The notes under the pieces were generated by a model. It was not told where the DNA came from, ran no database searches, and was given only the letters and a program-made list of their open reading frames with translations. A DNA stretch of 20,000 nucleotides, taken from the IMG/VR virus record IMGVR_UViG_3300020411_003822. The stretch is one strand, 5' to 3'. Below, one piece after another: positions 7,317 to 15,737 of the stretch; the first letter of the stretch is position 1, and each line of letters starts with the position of its first letter. The position numbers and the translations under genes are program-made. This DNA comes from an uncultured virus (IMG/VR IMGVR_UViG_3300020411_003822) (Duplodnaviria; Heunggongvirae; Uroviricota; Caudoviricetes).

Positions 7317-8062
7317 TCACAATCACACTCCGAACCACAACTCATTGGCTCTCTTCTATCAATTCGTTTGAAACAATGACTGCACATCAATACGCCTTGA
7401 CCTAACACCGGCCAAGAAATGCCCCCTGGCATGTATTTCTCCAAAACATCATCGATTTCCTGTCCAAATTGAATAACATCTCTCCGACTCAATCGAGTAA
7501 AGGGTGCTTTTGCAGTTACTTGCGATAACGGATGAGTAAAACAATCCTCCAGTGGCCCACTTCCTTGCTGAATAATGCGCCTCATCGAAGCAATCCATCT
7601 CTTGCCCGACATTCTCAAACTCATTCTGTGCACGGGGTGAACAAGAAGATTGTCGCCAAGCCCCGCATTATTTGAAACAACCAGTGCTACTGCATTTGAG
7701 GCATTGGGTGCACGAATGTCTATCTCTAATTGAGAATCAATATCAACAACATGCCAATCATATTCGTCACGATCTAACTCAAGTTCGAACGGCACCGGAG
7801 AATCAGACCAACTCCAACCTGTATGTTGCAGAACTTCTGTTGGAAGTTGAGTAGAGTAATGGGAACCTTCCGAATCAATAGCAACAATTCTGAAATACTT
7901 GTGTCCAGTTCTTTCTTCAATAAACAACCTGGATTGCTTTATTTCACAGTTTCCTTTACCTCTAATTTTAATTTTATGTCCTCTTTGCGGTCCTTCGAAA
8001 ACATTGTCTTGGTTGAACATAACAGGAGCGGGGAACCCTCTGCCTCTTGAAGCCTTCGTCAT
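7313..8062 (-). CDS. Hypothetical protein with C-terminal Cys cluster
   Basis: 249 aa; CSHC...CGSECDC; 4-nt ATGA overlaps with both neighbours. Confidence 0.75.
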   Translation of the reverse strand: MTKASRGRGFPAPVMFNQDNVFEGPQRGHKIKIRGKGNCEIKQSRLFIEERTGHKYFRIVAIDSEGSHYSTQLPTEVLQHTGWSWSDSPVPFELELDRDEYDWHVVDIDSQLEIDIRAPNASNAVALVVSNNAGLGDNLLVHPVHRMSLRMSGKRWIASMRRIIQQGSGPLEDCFTHPLSQVTAKAPFTRLSRRDVIQFGQEIDDVLEKYMPGGISWPVLGQGVLMCSHCFKRIDRREPMSCGSECDCE

Positions 8063-8571
8063 ATTTTCTTCCCCCCGAACAAAGCGCCAAAGATCATGGT
8101 AATTCCCTCAGCAACTTTGCCTAATGAAAGACCGGCCTGCTTTGATTCCCAAGTACCATGCAAAGCGTAATTCGCATAGTGCTCGCAGTTCCGTGTCAAT
8201 AAGTTGTAATCATTGCGATGCAACATTTCTTTCGCTCTATCAAGAACAGGTATAGGCTCATCTGGAACTTCAACGATTTCAATATCTCTGCCTTCGGAAA
8301 AACGAACATAATCAGTCAAACCAACCCTGGTGCCAGTATGGCTATCGGGAGCATCAACAGATGGACTCCAAACACGATTTAGCAACCTTGACGACCAAGA
8401 CTGCTCCGAAATCTCCCCCTCATAGACGCCCCCAAACTGATAGATTAGTTGCAATCTGGTATCAGGGTGATAATACTCAGAAGCTACACCATAATGGAAA
8501 AAACTGCCTCTCTGAAACCTTCTTCGAAGAATTGCACCAGGAGGAAAGGGCATTTCGGGCTCTTCGTCCAT
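8059..8571 (-). CDS. LRAT-like (H-box/NC) circularly permuted NlpC/P60 thiol enzyme
   Basis: PGAIL...FFHYGV (H-box), LDRAKEML, YNLLTRNCEHYANYALHGTWESKQ (NCEH motif); hydrophobic/amphipathic C-terminal tail. Confidence 0.88.
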   Translation of the reverse strand: MDEEPEMPFPPGAILRRRFQRGSFFHYGVASEYYHPDTRLQLIYQFGGVYEGEISEQSWSSRLLNRVWSPSVDAPDSHTGTRVGLTDYVRFSEGRDIEIVEVPDEPIPVLDRAKEMLHRNDYNLLTRNCEHYANYALHGTWESKQAGLSLGKVAEGITMIFGALFGGKKI

Positions 8572-8601
8572 GAGTGTCCTAACACTGTCTGCCTCATAGG
8601 G

Positions 8602-9000
8602 TTAATCCCAATCAGTTATTGGCTGGTGTCGAGAAGCCACTAAAGCAAAAACTCCTACAGTCTTGTATCTTCCATCTGCAGCTTTCAATACTCTACTGTT
8701 AATTCGTTTGAAATCAGGGTGGCGAAACACACCGCCTACAATTCGAGGATCACAATCTGCTGGCAACGGCAGTTCCGACAATACATCTTCAATAGTCACC
8801 TCTCCACTATCAGTTGCAATTCTCACAGCAACAGACCTTGCTTCCTCTATCCAAGAATAACGCAGGGGTTTTGTAGTCGAGGATAATTCAAGTTCTCGCA
8901 GTTTTTCCTTTAGTCGTGAAGATTGATCACTGGGCAATTTGAACATGCTCGTAATAACTCGCATTACTTTCTCCACATCATCTGCCTTCATTGGCTTCAC
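8602..9000 (-). CDS. Hypothetical protein, possibly winged-helix DNA-binding
   Basis: 132 aa (GTG 9000 or ATG 8991); GEVTIEDV...DPRIVGGVFR resembles small viral helix-turn-helix proteins; judged by eye only. Confidence 0.65.
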   Translation of the reverse strand: MKPMKADDVEKVMRVITSMFKLPSDQSSRLKEKLRELELSSTTKPLRYSWIEEARSVAVRIATDSGEVTIEDVLSELPLPADCDPRIVGGVFRHPDFKRINSRVLKAADGRYKTVGVFALVASRHQPITDWD

Positions 9001-9422
9001 TCCATAGGCGAAATTTCGATTAACACTGAGGGCGCTTCTCCTTGAGCAACTTGAACTTTCAAAACTTGTAGGGATGATATTTGCCGGTCATCATCAGCAA
9101 GCATACCAGAAGCAAATAGGGCATCCATGTAATGTTTAGCAATGTTATCCACATCAGGCCCGTTAGATTTCCACTGTGCTTGCAAAGGAGTTCTTTTCCT
9201 ATGCTTTGATTTAGGGCACGCAAATTTAGCGACAATACGAACTGCAATAGCCCCAGTCATGCGCTGAAAATCCTCAGGCAGTTGGCTTTTCGCCATAACT
9301 TGAATGTGAGCCTTACTCGATTTAGATTCCGCCTTCTCATATGCGATTGGCTTACCTGAGCGCGTTGAAAATCGAGGCCTACCCTGTGCCATAGGCGGCC
9401 CTGGAATCTCAATCTTGTACAT
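8997..9422 (-). CDS. rusA: RusA-family Holliday junction resolvase
   Basis: IPGPPMAQGRPRF, PDVDNIAKHYMDAL, DDRQI; start revised to ATG 9422 (MYKIEIPG), preceded by GGAGG. Confidence 0.92.
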   Translation of the reverse strand: MYKIEIPGPPMAQGRPRFSTRSGKPIAYEKAESKSSKAHIQVMAKSQLPEDFQRMTGAIAVRIVAKFACPKSKHRKRTPLQAQWKSNGPDVDNIAKHYMDALFASGMLADDDRQISSLQVLKVQVAQGEAPSVLIEISPME

Positions 9423-9753
9423 GCTTATCCTCCAACTGATCCAAAACAAAAGCAACCATGTCCGTCCACTTAGACCAAGAATTGACTCGCTTTAATCTCC
9501 CTAATTCATCCCTTACTTCGAGCGGAACATCACGACAAACGATGAACCCAGTATCTTCTTTGGTCCAATCAACTTGCATTGGGGTGATTTTCTCAGAGTT
9601 CTCAAGCACCCAGTAAGCCATATCTGCCCAAGAGTTCCAACCCATCTTGCGTCTGACTACAATCAAACGGTCCTTTACATCAAAAGGAAGCCCTCTCAGA
9701 ACAATATTTCCAGTTAGAACTGGAATCAGAACCTTCGGTTCATCGTCCTCCAT
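9409..9753 (-). CDS. Protein with two internal ribbon-helix-helix-like repeats (putative regulator)
   Basis: GNIVLRGLPFDVKDRL...MGWNSWADMAYWVLE and GFIVCRDVPLEVRDEL...NSWSKWTDMVAFVLD; start ATG 9753 (alternative 9759). Confidence 0.65.
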   Translation of the reverse strand: MEDDEPKVLIPVLTGNIVLRGLPFDVKDRLIVVRRKMGWNSWADMAYWVLENSEKITPMQVDWTKEDTGFIVCRDVPLEVRDELGRLKRVNSWSKWTDMVAFVLDQLEDKHVQD

Positions 9754-9769
9754 GCACATGCCAAGCCTT

Positions 9770-9782
9770 TGAACCGTTTGAA
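9770..9782 (-). promoter_or_regulatory. Conserved upstream motif, copy 4
   Basis: Minus strand TTCAAACGGTTCA, 16 nt before ATG 9753. Confidence 0.65.
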
Positions 9783-9794
9783 GTTAGGGCAAGA

Positions 9795-10526
9795 CTATCC
9801 CATTAATCGGCTCAAGACCTGCTCTGTTTCATCATTCTTTGTTAGCAAATTGGAAATTAAATTATCTTGGGGTTGTTTCTGTGAATCATCCTCCCAATAT
9901 TCATTGTATTCTGGATCAGGTGTACCATAATTCGATAATAACGGCTTATCCCTATCCTCTTCTTTCCGAATATGCTTGAGATAATTTGCAACTTTATCCA
10001 TATCAAGTGTGTCTATGAATTGAGATGCTTTACGAATTTCATCAGAAATGCCACGAATGTCAATGTCGTCAAAGGAATGTAATCCAGGGGCGACCTCATC
10101 TCGAACATTTTCAAGCAAATCCCTGATTGCGGGAACATTGATTCCATCAAGTTGCGTGTGGAAAGCTTCCAATCTGTTTGCGGCTACATGAAGCGACTCA
10201 AGCAATTCCACCATTCTCGCCTCCATGAGATCTGCTTTATCTTCAACCCGTACCGTAACAACAGAAATCAACAGGTTTGTGCCAATTGTAAACGCCAAAG
10301 CAGCAGCAAGAATGTATGTCCATGCAGTCGGATAGATGTAACTCACAACTGGAGCAGACATTACCAATAAAGCAGTAAATACGAACAATATGGACCGAAT
10401 GCGCTTATCATACTCGATAGATTCTCGCATACTGACAATGTCCTGTTCTAAACCAACAGGAGATTCCCATTCCTCCTCCTCCTCCTCATATATTGGGACA
10501 AGAGAAGGAAGCGACAAATCAATCAC
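9795..10526 (-). CDS. Membrane protein (2 predicted TM helices) with helical soluble domain
   Basis: Hydrophobic ILFVFTALLVMSAPVVSYIY and WTYILAAALAFTIGTNLLISVVTV; GTG start overlapping the upstream stop. Confidence 0.75.
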   Translation of the reverse strand: MIDLSLPSLVPIYEEEEEEWESPVGLEQDIVSMRESIEYDKRIRSILFVFTALLVMSAPVVSYIYPTAWTYILAAALAFTIGTNLLISVVTVRVEDKADLMEARMVELLESLHVAANRLEAFHTQLDGINVPAIRDLLENVRDEVAPGLHSFDDIDIRGISDEIRKASQFIDTLDMDKVANYLKHIRKEEDRDKPLLSNYGTPDPEYNEYWEDDSQKQPQDNLISNLLTKNDETEQVLSRLMG

Positions 10527-11047
10527 TCGCCTGATGTATTCGGCTCCTCTGAATCAGGTATGCCATCATTGTCATCGTCTTGATCTACATCATCAGGGAT
10601 TCCATCACCGTCAGTGTCCTTCTTGACGCCCATCATTTGTCCAAGACTGGTTACAGGCTTTACTGCAGCGCCAACAACGGCACCTGCGGCCTTTTGTGCA
10701 ACATTCTTTGGTTTTGGCTCTTCGACCTTCAATTCTGGAGCATCCTCATCTTTTTCTTCATCACGAACCCATTCTGGAACGCCGTCTTTCAAAACAAGAT
10801 GCAAAAGAAGCCATTGTTGTGCAACAGTCAGTGGCGCATCCAAAGCCTTCTCCTTGAATCCTTCGAAACGCCTATCTGTCAGCCCACCCTTAATGAAATT
10901 AACCAACCGAGCAAGGTCAGGTTCCCCAGCACCCAAATATCGCTTACAACGATTTACCCAACTGTCTCTTATCCTGATTCCTTTTGTCAAGAAACCAGGA
11001 AGCATTGTCTTTCCAAGATCATACGCATATAACGATTCATCACCCAT
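10523..11047 (-). CDS. Hypothetical protein with thrombospondin type-3-like Ca-binding repeat
   Basis: C-terminal KDTDGDGIPDDVDQDDDNDGIPDSEE. Confidence 0.75.
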   Translation of the reverse strand: MGDESLYAYDLGKTMLPGFLTKGIRIRDSWVNRCKRYLGAGEPDLARLVNFIKGGLTDRRFEGFKEKALDAPLTVAQQWLLLHLVLKDGVPEWVRDEEKDEDAPELKVEEPKPKNVAQKAAGAVVGAAVKPVTSLGQMMGVKKDTDGDGIPDDVDQDDDNDGIPDSEEPNTSGE

Positions 11048-11053
11048 TTCTGT

Positions 11054-12478
11054 TCACACTCCTTTAGCCGCAGCCAATACTCCCTCAATTACTTGCCGAT
11101 TCTCGGCTGCAGAGAGGAATTCGATGTCGTATGCAATATTTTTCTGCCCAGGTGGGTCGCAGTCTGCATAACTTGTAATAATCTCCATTAGAGATTCGTA
11201 TGATTCATGCTGGAAAACTTCCCATAGCTGATGGTCTCGCATGAATGAGCCGGCCATTTCTATTGAAACAACTCCTTTGTTGATATTTTGAACACTCATA
11301 CCAAGAATACGCAGGTTCACGATAACCAATAATTCCATGATTGAACGCTCGATTTGGTTCTGTACCGAAGTTGGATACATATCCTCTGCTCTTCGAACCG
11401 CTCTTTCAGTAGTTCTCTTCAAGATTTCAATGAATACTTCGTTACTCTTCCATTGGTCAGGCAATGTTTGATGTATTTGTTGCATTACTGCCCTACATTT
11501 GTCCTCAAAGGAAACTTCTGGAATCGGTTGTTGCATAGGAACAGGCTCTTCCCATTGTTGAAGAGCGGGTTCTGCGAATTGTGATTGAGCCTGTGGCATT
11601 GAATAACTCGGTGGTGCGCCTACTGGCGGACTTCTTGCCGACATAACAGATTTCAAACCAGTAGCGATACTTCCAGTAATCTCCGCAAGTTGTCCCGAAC
11701 GAATCAATGAGTCAAGAACAGATTCTTCTGTTCCCCCACCACCAGATCTCAATCCATCAAGTGCCATTCCAATGAGGGTTTCATCAGTTGTTGAACGACC
11801 CCCACCGTTTCGCATACTATCAATAACAAGACCCATCATTTGAGTTTGATTTTGATTCATAGCATTCATCATCATTGCTTGGTCTTGTCTTGAACGCTCA
11901 GAGTTCCGCTCTTGGCTTTCTAACAATTTCAACATGACAAGGCTATCATTCCCATCTTTCTTACTTGAGTTAGAACGAATCAATTCAGTCATTAGAGTAG
12001 CAAGCAATTGATCCGAACCTCCGCTTGCAACACCTTGCTGATACGATACACCTTGAGATTGCTCAAACTGATTTCTCGCATGATTCAAAGCAGCGACTTC
12101 CTGATAATGAGTTGTAGCATCTCGAATCGTACTTGAACCGCCTTGCGGCTCAATTGGAGTTGGCTCAAAGTTAGGAATGACTGGCGCAGCGACAGCGGGT
12201 GCGGCCTTAGCCTGAACTTTTCTCGCAGGGGGCCTGTTTCCAGCCGCCAACCAAGCCTCATGAGAAACTCGAATGACCTCGGAAGAAACGCCCATTTTCT
12301 TGGACACAAAATCCACATCAAGATTCCCTGCGGCATCATAGAAAATTGGTGTACCCACCAAATCAGTCCTACCTTCGTATTCCGGTGTGTTGTCAATCAA
12401 TTGTTGTGTCCAAACTGCCTTGAAGACAATGTCAAGTTCACTTTTCAAATCTTCCGTATTTCCTGGTCCATCACTCAT
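11054..12478 (-). CDS. Hypothetical protein (Q/M/P-rich central region)
   Basis: ORF track 11054..12490; ATG 12478 is preceded by GGTGA, an archaeal-type SD. Confidence 0.78.
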   Translation of the reverse strand: MSDGPGNTEDLKSELDIVFKAVWTQQLIDNTPEYEGRTDLVGTPIFYDAAGNLDVDFVSKKMGVSSEVIRVSHEAWLAAGNRPPARKVQAKAAPAVAAPVIPNFEPTPIEPQGGSSTIRDATTHYQEVAALNHARNQFEQSQGVSYQQGVASGGSDQLLATLMTELIRSNSSKKDGNDSLVMLKLLESQERNSERSRQDQAMMMNAMNQNQTQMMGLVIDSMRNGGGRSTTDETLIGMALDGLRSGGGGTEESVLDSLIRSGQLAEITGSIATGLKSVMSARSPPVGAPPSYSMPQAQSQFAEPALQQWEEPVPMQQPIPEVSFEDKCRAVMQQIHQTLPDQWKSNEVFIEILKRTTERAVRRAEDMYPTSVQNQIERSIMELLVIVNLRILGMSVQNINKGVVSIEMAGSFMRDHQLWEVFQHESYESLMEIITSYADCDPPGQKNIAYDIEFLSAAENRQVIEGVLAAAKGV

Positions 12479-12806
12479 TATTTTCACCACTTAATTCTCC
12501 TGGTCGGCTATGAATCATATCATCCACAACAGATCGCAGCCTTGCAAACCCTGCATCAAGCAAAGTTGCAGCCAAATCCGGAGTTGCTTGTCCCAACGGA
12601 TGAGCCGGCAACAGCCCATCCCCCTTGAGCCCACATCGGCTTCGAATTTGGTCGAGATTGCTTATGTCTTGCTCGCATATTGAAATCAAATGCGCATAAG
12701 AAAAGGGATTATCCATGAACAAACTCAAGTTCCGAATAATTCTTGATCCAATCTCTCTGATTGAATCAAGGTCTTCCTTGTTCAATTGCTCTATCGGCTC
12801 ACTCAT
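12471..12806 (-). CDS. Hypothetical protein
   Basis: ORF track 12471..12851; ATG 12806 (MSEPIEQL) is preceded by GGGGGA and overlaps the end of the upstream gene. Confidence 0.7.
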   Translation of the reverse strand: MSEPIEQLNKEDLDSIREIGSRIIRNLSLFMDNPFSYAHLISICEQDISNLDQIRSRCGLKGDGLLPAHPLGQATPDLAATLLDAGFARLRSVVDDMIHSRPGELSGENNE

Positions 12807-13140
12807 ACGGATTATCCCCCTTAGGCGCACTATCTGAATTAGATTCCGCACTTGGTTCTAAGGATTCGCTAATGAAGCTTGACAACTCTTCTAATTCGTA
12901 ATCAAAATCTTCCAGAATCTCTCTAACCTTCTCTGCATCATCATAGTACATAGCAAGAGCACGGCCCTTCGCAAAGTGCGCAGAACCAGGGTCGGTGTAT
13001 TTAATCGAGAGAACAGCATGATGCATGATGTGAATTACTTCTTCTCCATCTATGATGACATACCCGTCATCGGTAGGGATTAACTCGACATCAGACATGG
13101 AATTGCCGTTCATTAACTTGAGTTCATTAGCCTTGAGCAT
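12799..13140 (-). CDS. Hypothetical protein, first gene of the leftward unit
   Basis: ORF track 12799..13284; ATG 13140 (MLKANELK) is 17 nt below the motif. Confidence 0.72.
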   Translation of the reverse strand: MLKANELKLMNGNSMSDVELIPTDDGYVIIDGEEVIHIMHHAVLSIKYTDPGSAHFAKGRALAMYYDDAEKVREILEDFDYELEELSSFISESLEPSAESNSDSAPKGDNPYE

Positions 13141-13157
13141 GAATAGTCCCAACCCTT

Positions 13158-13170
13158 TCAGCCGTTTGAA
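13158..13170 (-). promoter_or_regulatory. Conserved upstream motif, copy 5
   Basis: Minus strand TTCAAACGGCTGA (identical to copy 3), 17 nt before ATG 13140. Confidence 0.72.
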
Positions 13171-13201
13171 GGTGGCGACTATTCGCCAATGGTCAGTATA
13201 G

Positions 13202-13409
13202 ACCATCAATGGTTGAAAAAAAACACAAAATAACAAAAAAATAATGTAATTTTGCACAAACCATTGATGGATGCATGCAAACAAACATCAATTCGACAAA
13301 CAAAGGTTTCAAGTTCCTTTGTTTTCTTTGATCAATGGTTTGGGCAAACCCACCCCCTTATTTCCAGTGGAGGCTGAAAAAACACGTGGGACTTACAACC
13401 ATCGATGGT
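13202..13409. repeat. Four iterated palindromic boxes ACCAT-YR-ATGGT in a divergent intergenic region
   Basis: ACCATCAATGGT 13202, ACCATTGATGGA 13260, TTGATCAATGGT 13328, ACCATCGATGGT 13398 (inside the perfect palindrome AACCATCGATGGTT); A-rich tract between the first two. Confidence 0.75.
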
Positions 13410-13428
13410 TTCACGCCCAATTTGGCTA

Positions 13429-13557
13429 TGCAACAAGGCATCCACTGCAACTCTAAACGAGCGAAGGCTTGATATTCCGGTTGTTGCACAGCGACAATTC
13501 CCGCCCTGAGGTTGTTGCATGAGAGACATTACAGACGCAACAGATAACGCAACAAGG
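13429..13557. promoter_or_regulatory. Cluster of GCAACA/TGTTGC boxes around the wHTH gene start (putative operator)
   Basis: TGCAACAA 13429, TTGTTGCA 13481 and 13512, GCGACAA 13491, GCAACAG 13537, GCAACAA 13549. Confidence 0.5.
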
Positions 13558-14904
13558 TGGGGGCTTTTCGCCAAGCGTTCCCAGAAGATATGGGCGGTCT
13601 ACGAACTTCTGATTCACAGAAATTTGATTGGCTCAAGAATAGCCGAATTATTGGAACTAAATCGTTCCACAGTAAGTCGCCACATCAAGAAACTGGAAGA
13701 GGGGCAGTACATCGTTAATGCACCAAGACTCGCAGACCACATGAAGCGAATCGAAGCAACAAGCAAACGCTCCGTAACAGGATTTTCAAAAGCGTACATC
13801 AGAGGGCCAAGATCTGCCGAAGCAGACCTGCTCTTAATCGAAGCAAAGGCCCAAGTGGGGGTGCGTGCGGGGCAGGCCGAGCAGACCCCAACCGAACCAC
13901 TACCAGGTGGCAACCGAGCCATGATCGACATTCACAGAATAGACTTCAATTTGCCAGCCGATACAAGCGCCCCAAACAAAGGGCTCCCGACACACCAAAG
14001 AACGCTTGAAGGATGGAAGAGCCTCGGTGTAACGCCAGGGAACTTAACCAGGGGATGGGCACATTGGAAAGCACCTCCTGTGGAAACGCAAATCGGTGAA
14101 TGGAATGTGTATCTGCGCAGAAGAGGAACGCCCACCAAAAATGAAGAAGGAGAAGTAATAGGCATAGAATGGGGAGATTTTTGCTTACCAAATCCTGTAA
14201 GAATAACTCTTCCAAACCGATTCTGGGTCACAGTCGAAGAAGCCATGAATGAAGAAGAACTACATTCAAGAATATGTGATTCAGTTTGGGCAGTCAGAAA
14301 TGAAGTAATGAAGAGATACGGATTCGTGCTTGGCTTCCCTCTATCCAAAACAAGCCAAATGTACGAGGCTGGTGCATTAAGGCACGACCCAGCCCTCGTT
14401 AAACAAATCAAAGAAGAGAGAACAGCTTCAGGCAAAGGAATGCTGGAGATTACAGATTCAATTACTGCAGACGGAAGCCATGATCTACTTGAGGAGGGCT
14501 TCGCTCATCTCGATTGCAAAACGCCAAGAGAGGCGGCAATGCAAGCAAACCCCGTTGTCGCACTTGATCATCTCTTGAAAGAATCAATGTCACACATGGA
14601 ACAAATGCGAAAGGTCGCAGATGAATCGGTAGTGACAATCGAAGAAATGGCGGTCAAAAGCAGCGATTCAATTACAAATCATTTCGAGGCTCACATGCAG
14701 AATCTGACAGAGAAAATGATGAACACATTCGAAGAGAAATTCAATGAATACATGAGAGTCTTCATGCAAGCACAAACCGAGAGAGCACGACAGATTTTGG
14801 AGAGATTCGAAGAGCGATTAGCGAATGTCGAGCCAAGCACTCCAGAAAGCCAAATGCTGATTTCTGATTTCTTCACAGATGATGAAGACGGCCCCGAAAT
14901 GTAA
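13519..14904 (+). CDS. Protein with N-terminal winged HTH, unknown central domain and C-terminal coiled coil
   Basis: 461 aa; IWAVYELL...GSRIAELLELNRSTVSRHIKKLEEGQYI is a clear HTH pattern. Confidence 0.8.
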   Translation: MRDITDATDNATRWGLFAKRSQKIWAVYELLIHRNLIGSRIAELLELNRSTVSRHIKKLEEGQYIVNAPRLADHMKRIEATSKRSVTGFSKAYIRGPRSAEADLLLIEAKAQVGVRAGQAEQTPTEPLPGGNRAMIDIHRIDFNLPADTSAPNKGLPTHQRTLEGWKSLGVTPGNLTRGWAHWKAPPVETQIGEWNVYLRRRGTPTKNEEGEVIGIEWGDFCLPNPVRITLPNRFWVTVEEAMNEEELHSRICDSVWAVRNEVMKRYGFVLGFPLSKTSQMYEAGALRHDPALVKQIKEERTASGKGMLEITDSITADGSHDLLEEGFAHLDCKTPREAAMQANPVVALDHLLKESMSHMEQMRKVADESVVTIEEMAVKSSDSITNHFEAHMQNLTEKMMNTFEEKFNEYMRVFMQAQTERARQILERFEERLANVEPSTPESQMLISDFFTDDEDGPEM

Positions 14905-15737
14905 TGTTCCAGTGGAACGGTGAAACGGGTTTATTTCAAGACATCGGCAGGCATCGGCAATGCATGGCCGGTGGCAACGCTGTAGATTTGGGCGGGAATC
15001 ACGCCTTCTCAGGACCTTTGAGAAGGGCAAGATGGGGAATTGATACTCAATTCTCAAGACCTGCTATCGGAGGCGTAGATCAACAACTCAGATACACCTT
15101 CTCTCCAGAATCCTCGGATGCTGAAGGCTTCATAACGACCATCAAGGTTTTACAAGAATTAACCAGCAAATATGTGACTAATCCCGAAGTAGTTCAATTT
15201 ACGAGAAGACTATTCAATCATGCTCGGATTAGAAACCATGATGAATTAGGGGAGATTCAAGCCTTAATTCAGTATTTTCAAGGAAGCTACACCACAAACA
15301 CGCCCGATGAAGAACTTGGATTACCTCTATTATTTGGAGACAAAGGGGCATACAGATACCAAAAAGACCCATATGGAAATGAACTATTCCAAAGCCCAGC
15401 CAAAGTCCTGAGAGACATTCAAGCAGGCGAATCAGGTGCGGATTGTGACGACATAGCCGCAGCAGCAGCCTGTTGCCTTGCCGCAGCCGGCTACCCTGCT
15501 ATGCTGATGATCGTAGATGCCGATTCAAGCAATCCAGGACAATTCAATCATGTAATGCTGGCAACCAAAACTCTCCAACCAAACCCAATTTTCGGGACCG
15601 ACTGGTTCCCCATCGAATTAATTCACCCGTTCGGAGCGGGGGAATCGGTCCAAATTTCGCAATACATTCCACTAATCGTTGAGCCATACGATATTGACAG
15701 AAAAACACAATCGCTGATCCCAGCAAGGTTTAGGTGA
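14904..15737 (+). CDS. Transglutaminase-like cysteine protease-fold protein
   Basis: YRYQKDPYGNELFQSPAKVL...GADCDDIA...LAAAGYP...FNHVML: DCDD catalytic Cys plus downstream His. Confidence 0.8.
   Translation: MFQWNGETGLFQDIGRHRQCMAGGNAVDLGGNHAFSGPLRRARWGIDTQFSRPAIGGVDQQLRYTFSPESSDAEGFITTIKVLQELTSKYVTNPEVVQFTRRLFNHARIRNHDELGEIQALIQYFQGSYTTNTPDEELGLPLLFGDKGAYRYQKDPYGNELFQSPAKVLRDIQAGESGADCDDIAAAAACCLAAAGYPAMLMIVDADSSNPGQFNHVMLATKTLQPNPIFGTDWFPIELIHPFGAGESVQISQYIPLIVEPYDIDRKTQSLIPARFR

Noticed and set aside
8594..8606. ATTAACCCTATGA upstream of the LRAT-like gene as a sixth promoter copy
   Set aside because: It lacks the ACGG core and lies 22 nt from the ATG; too weak to call.
12802..12814. CTCATACGGATTA, a plus-strand near-match to the promoter motif
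   Set aside because: Antisense within overlapping genes with no ATG at the expected distance; probably chance.
13141..13284. N-terminal extension of ORF 12799..13284
   Set aside because: It translates the low-complexity A-tract and palindromic boxes; the motif points to ATG 13140.
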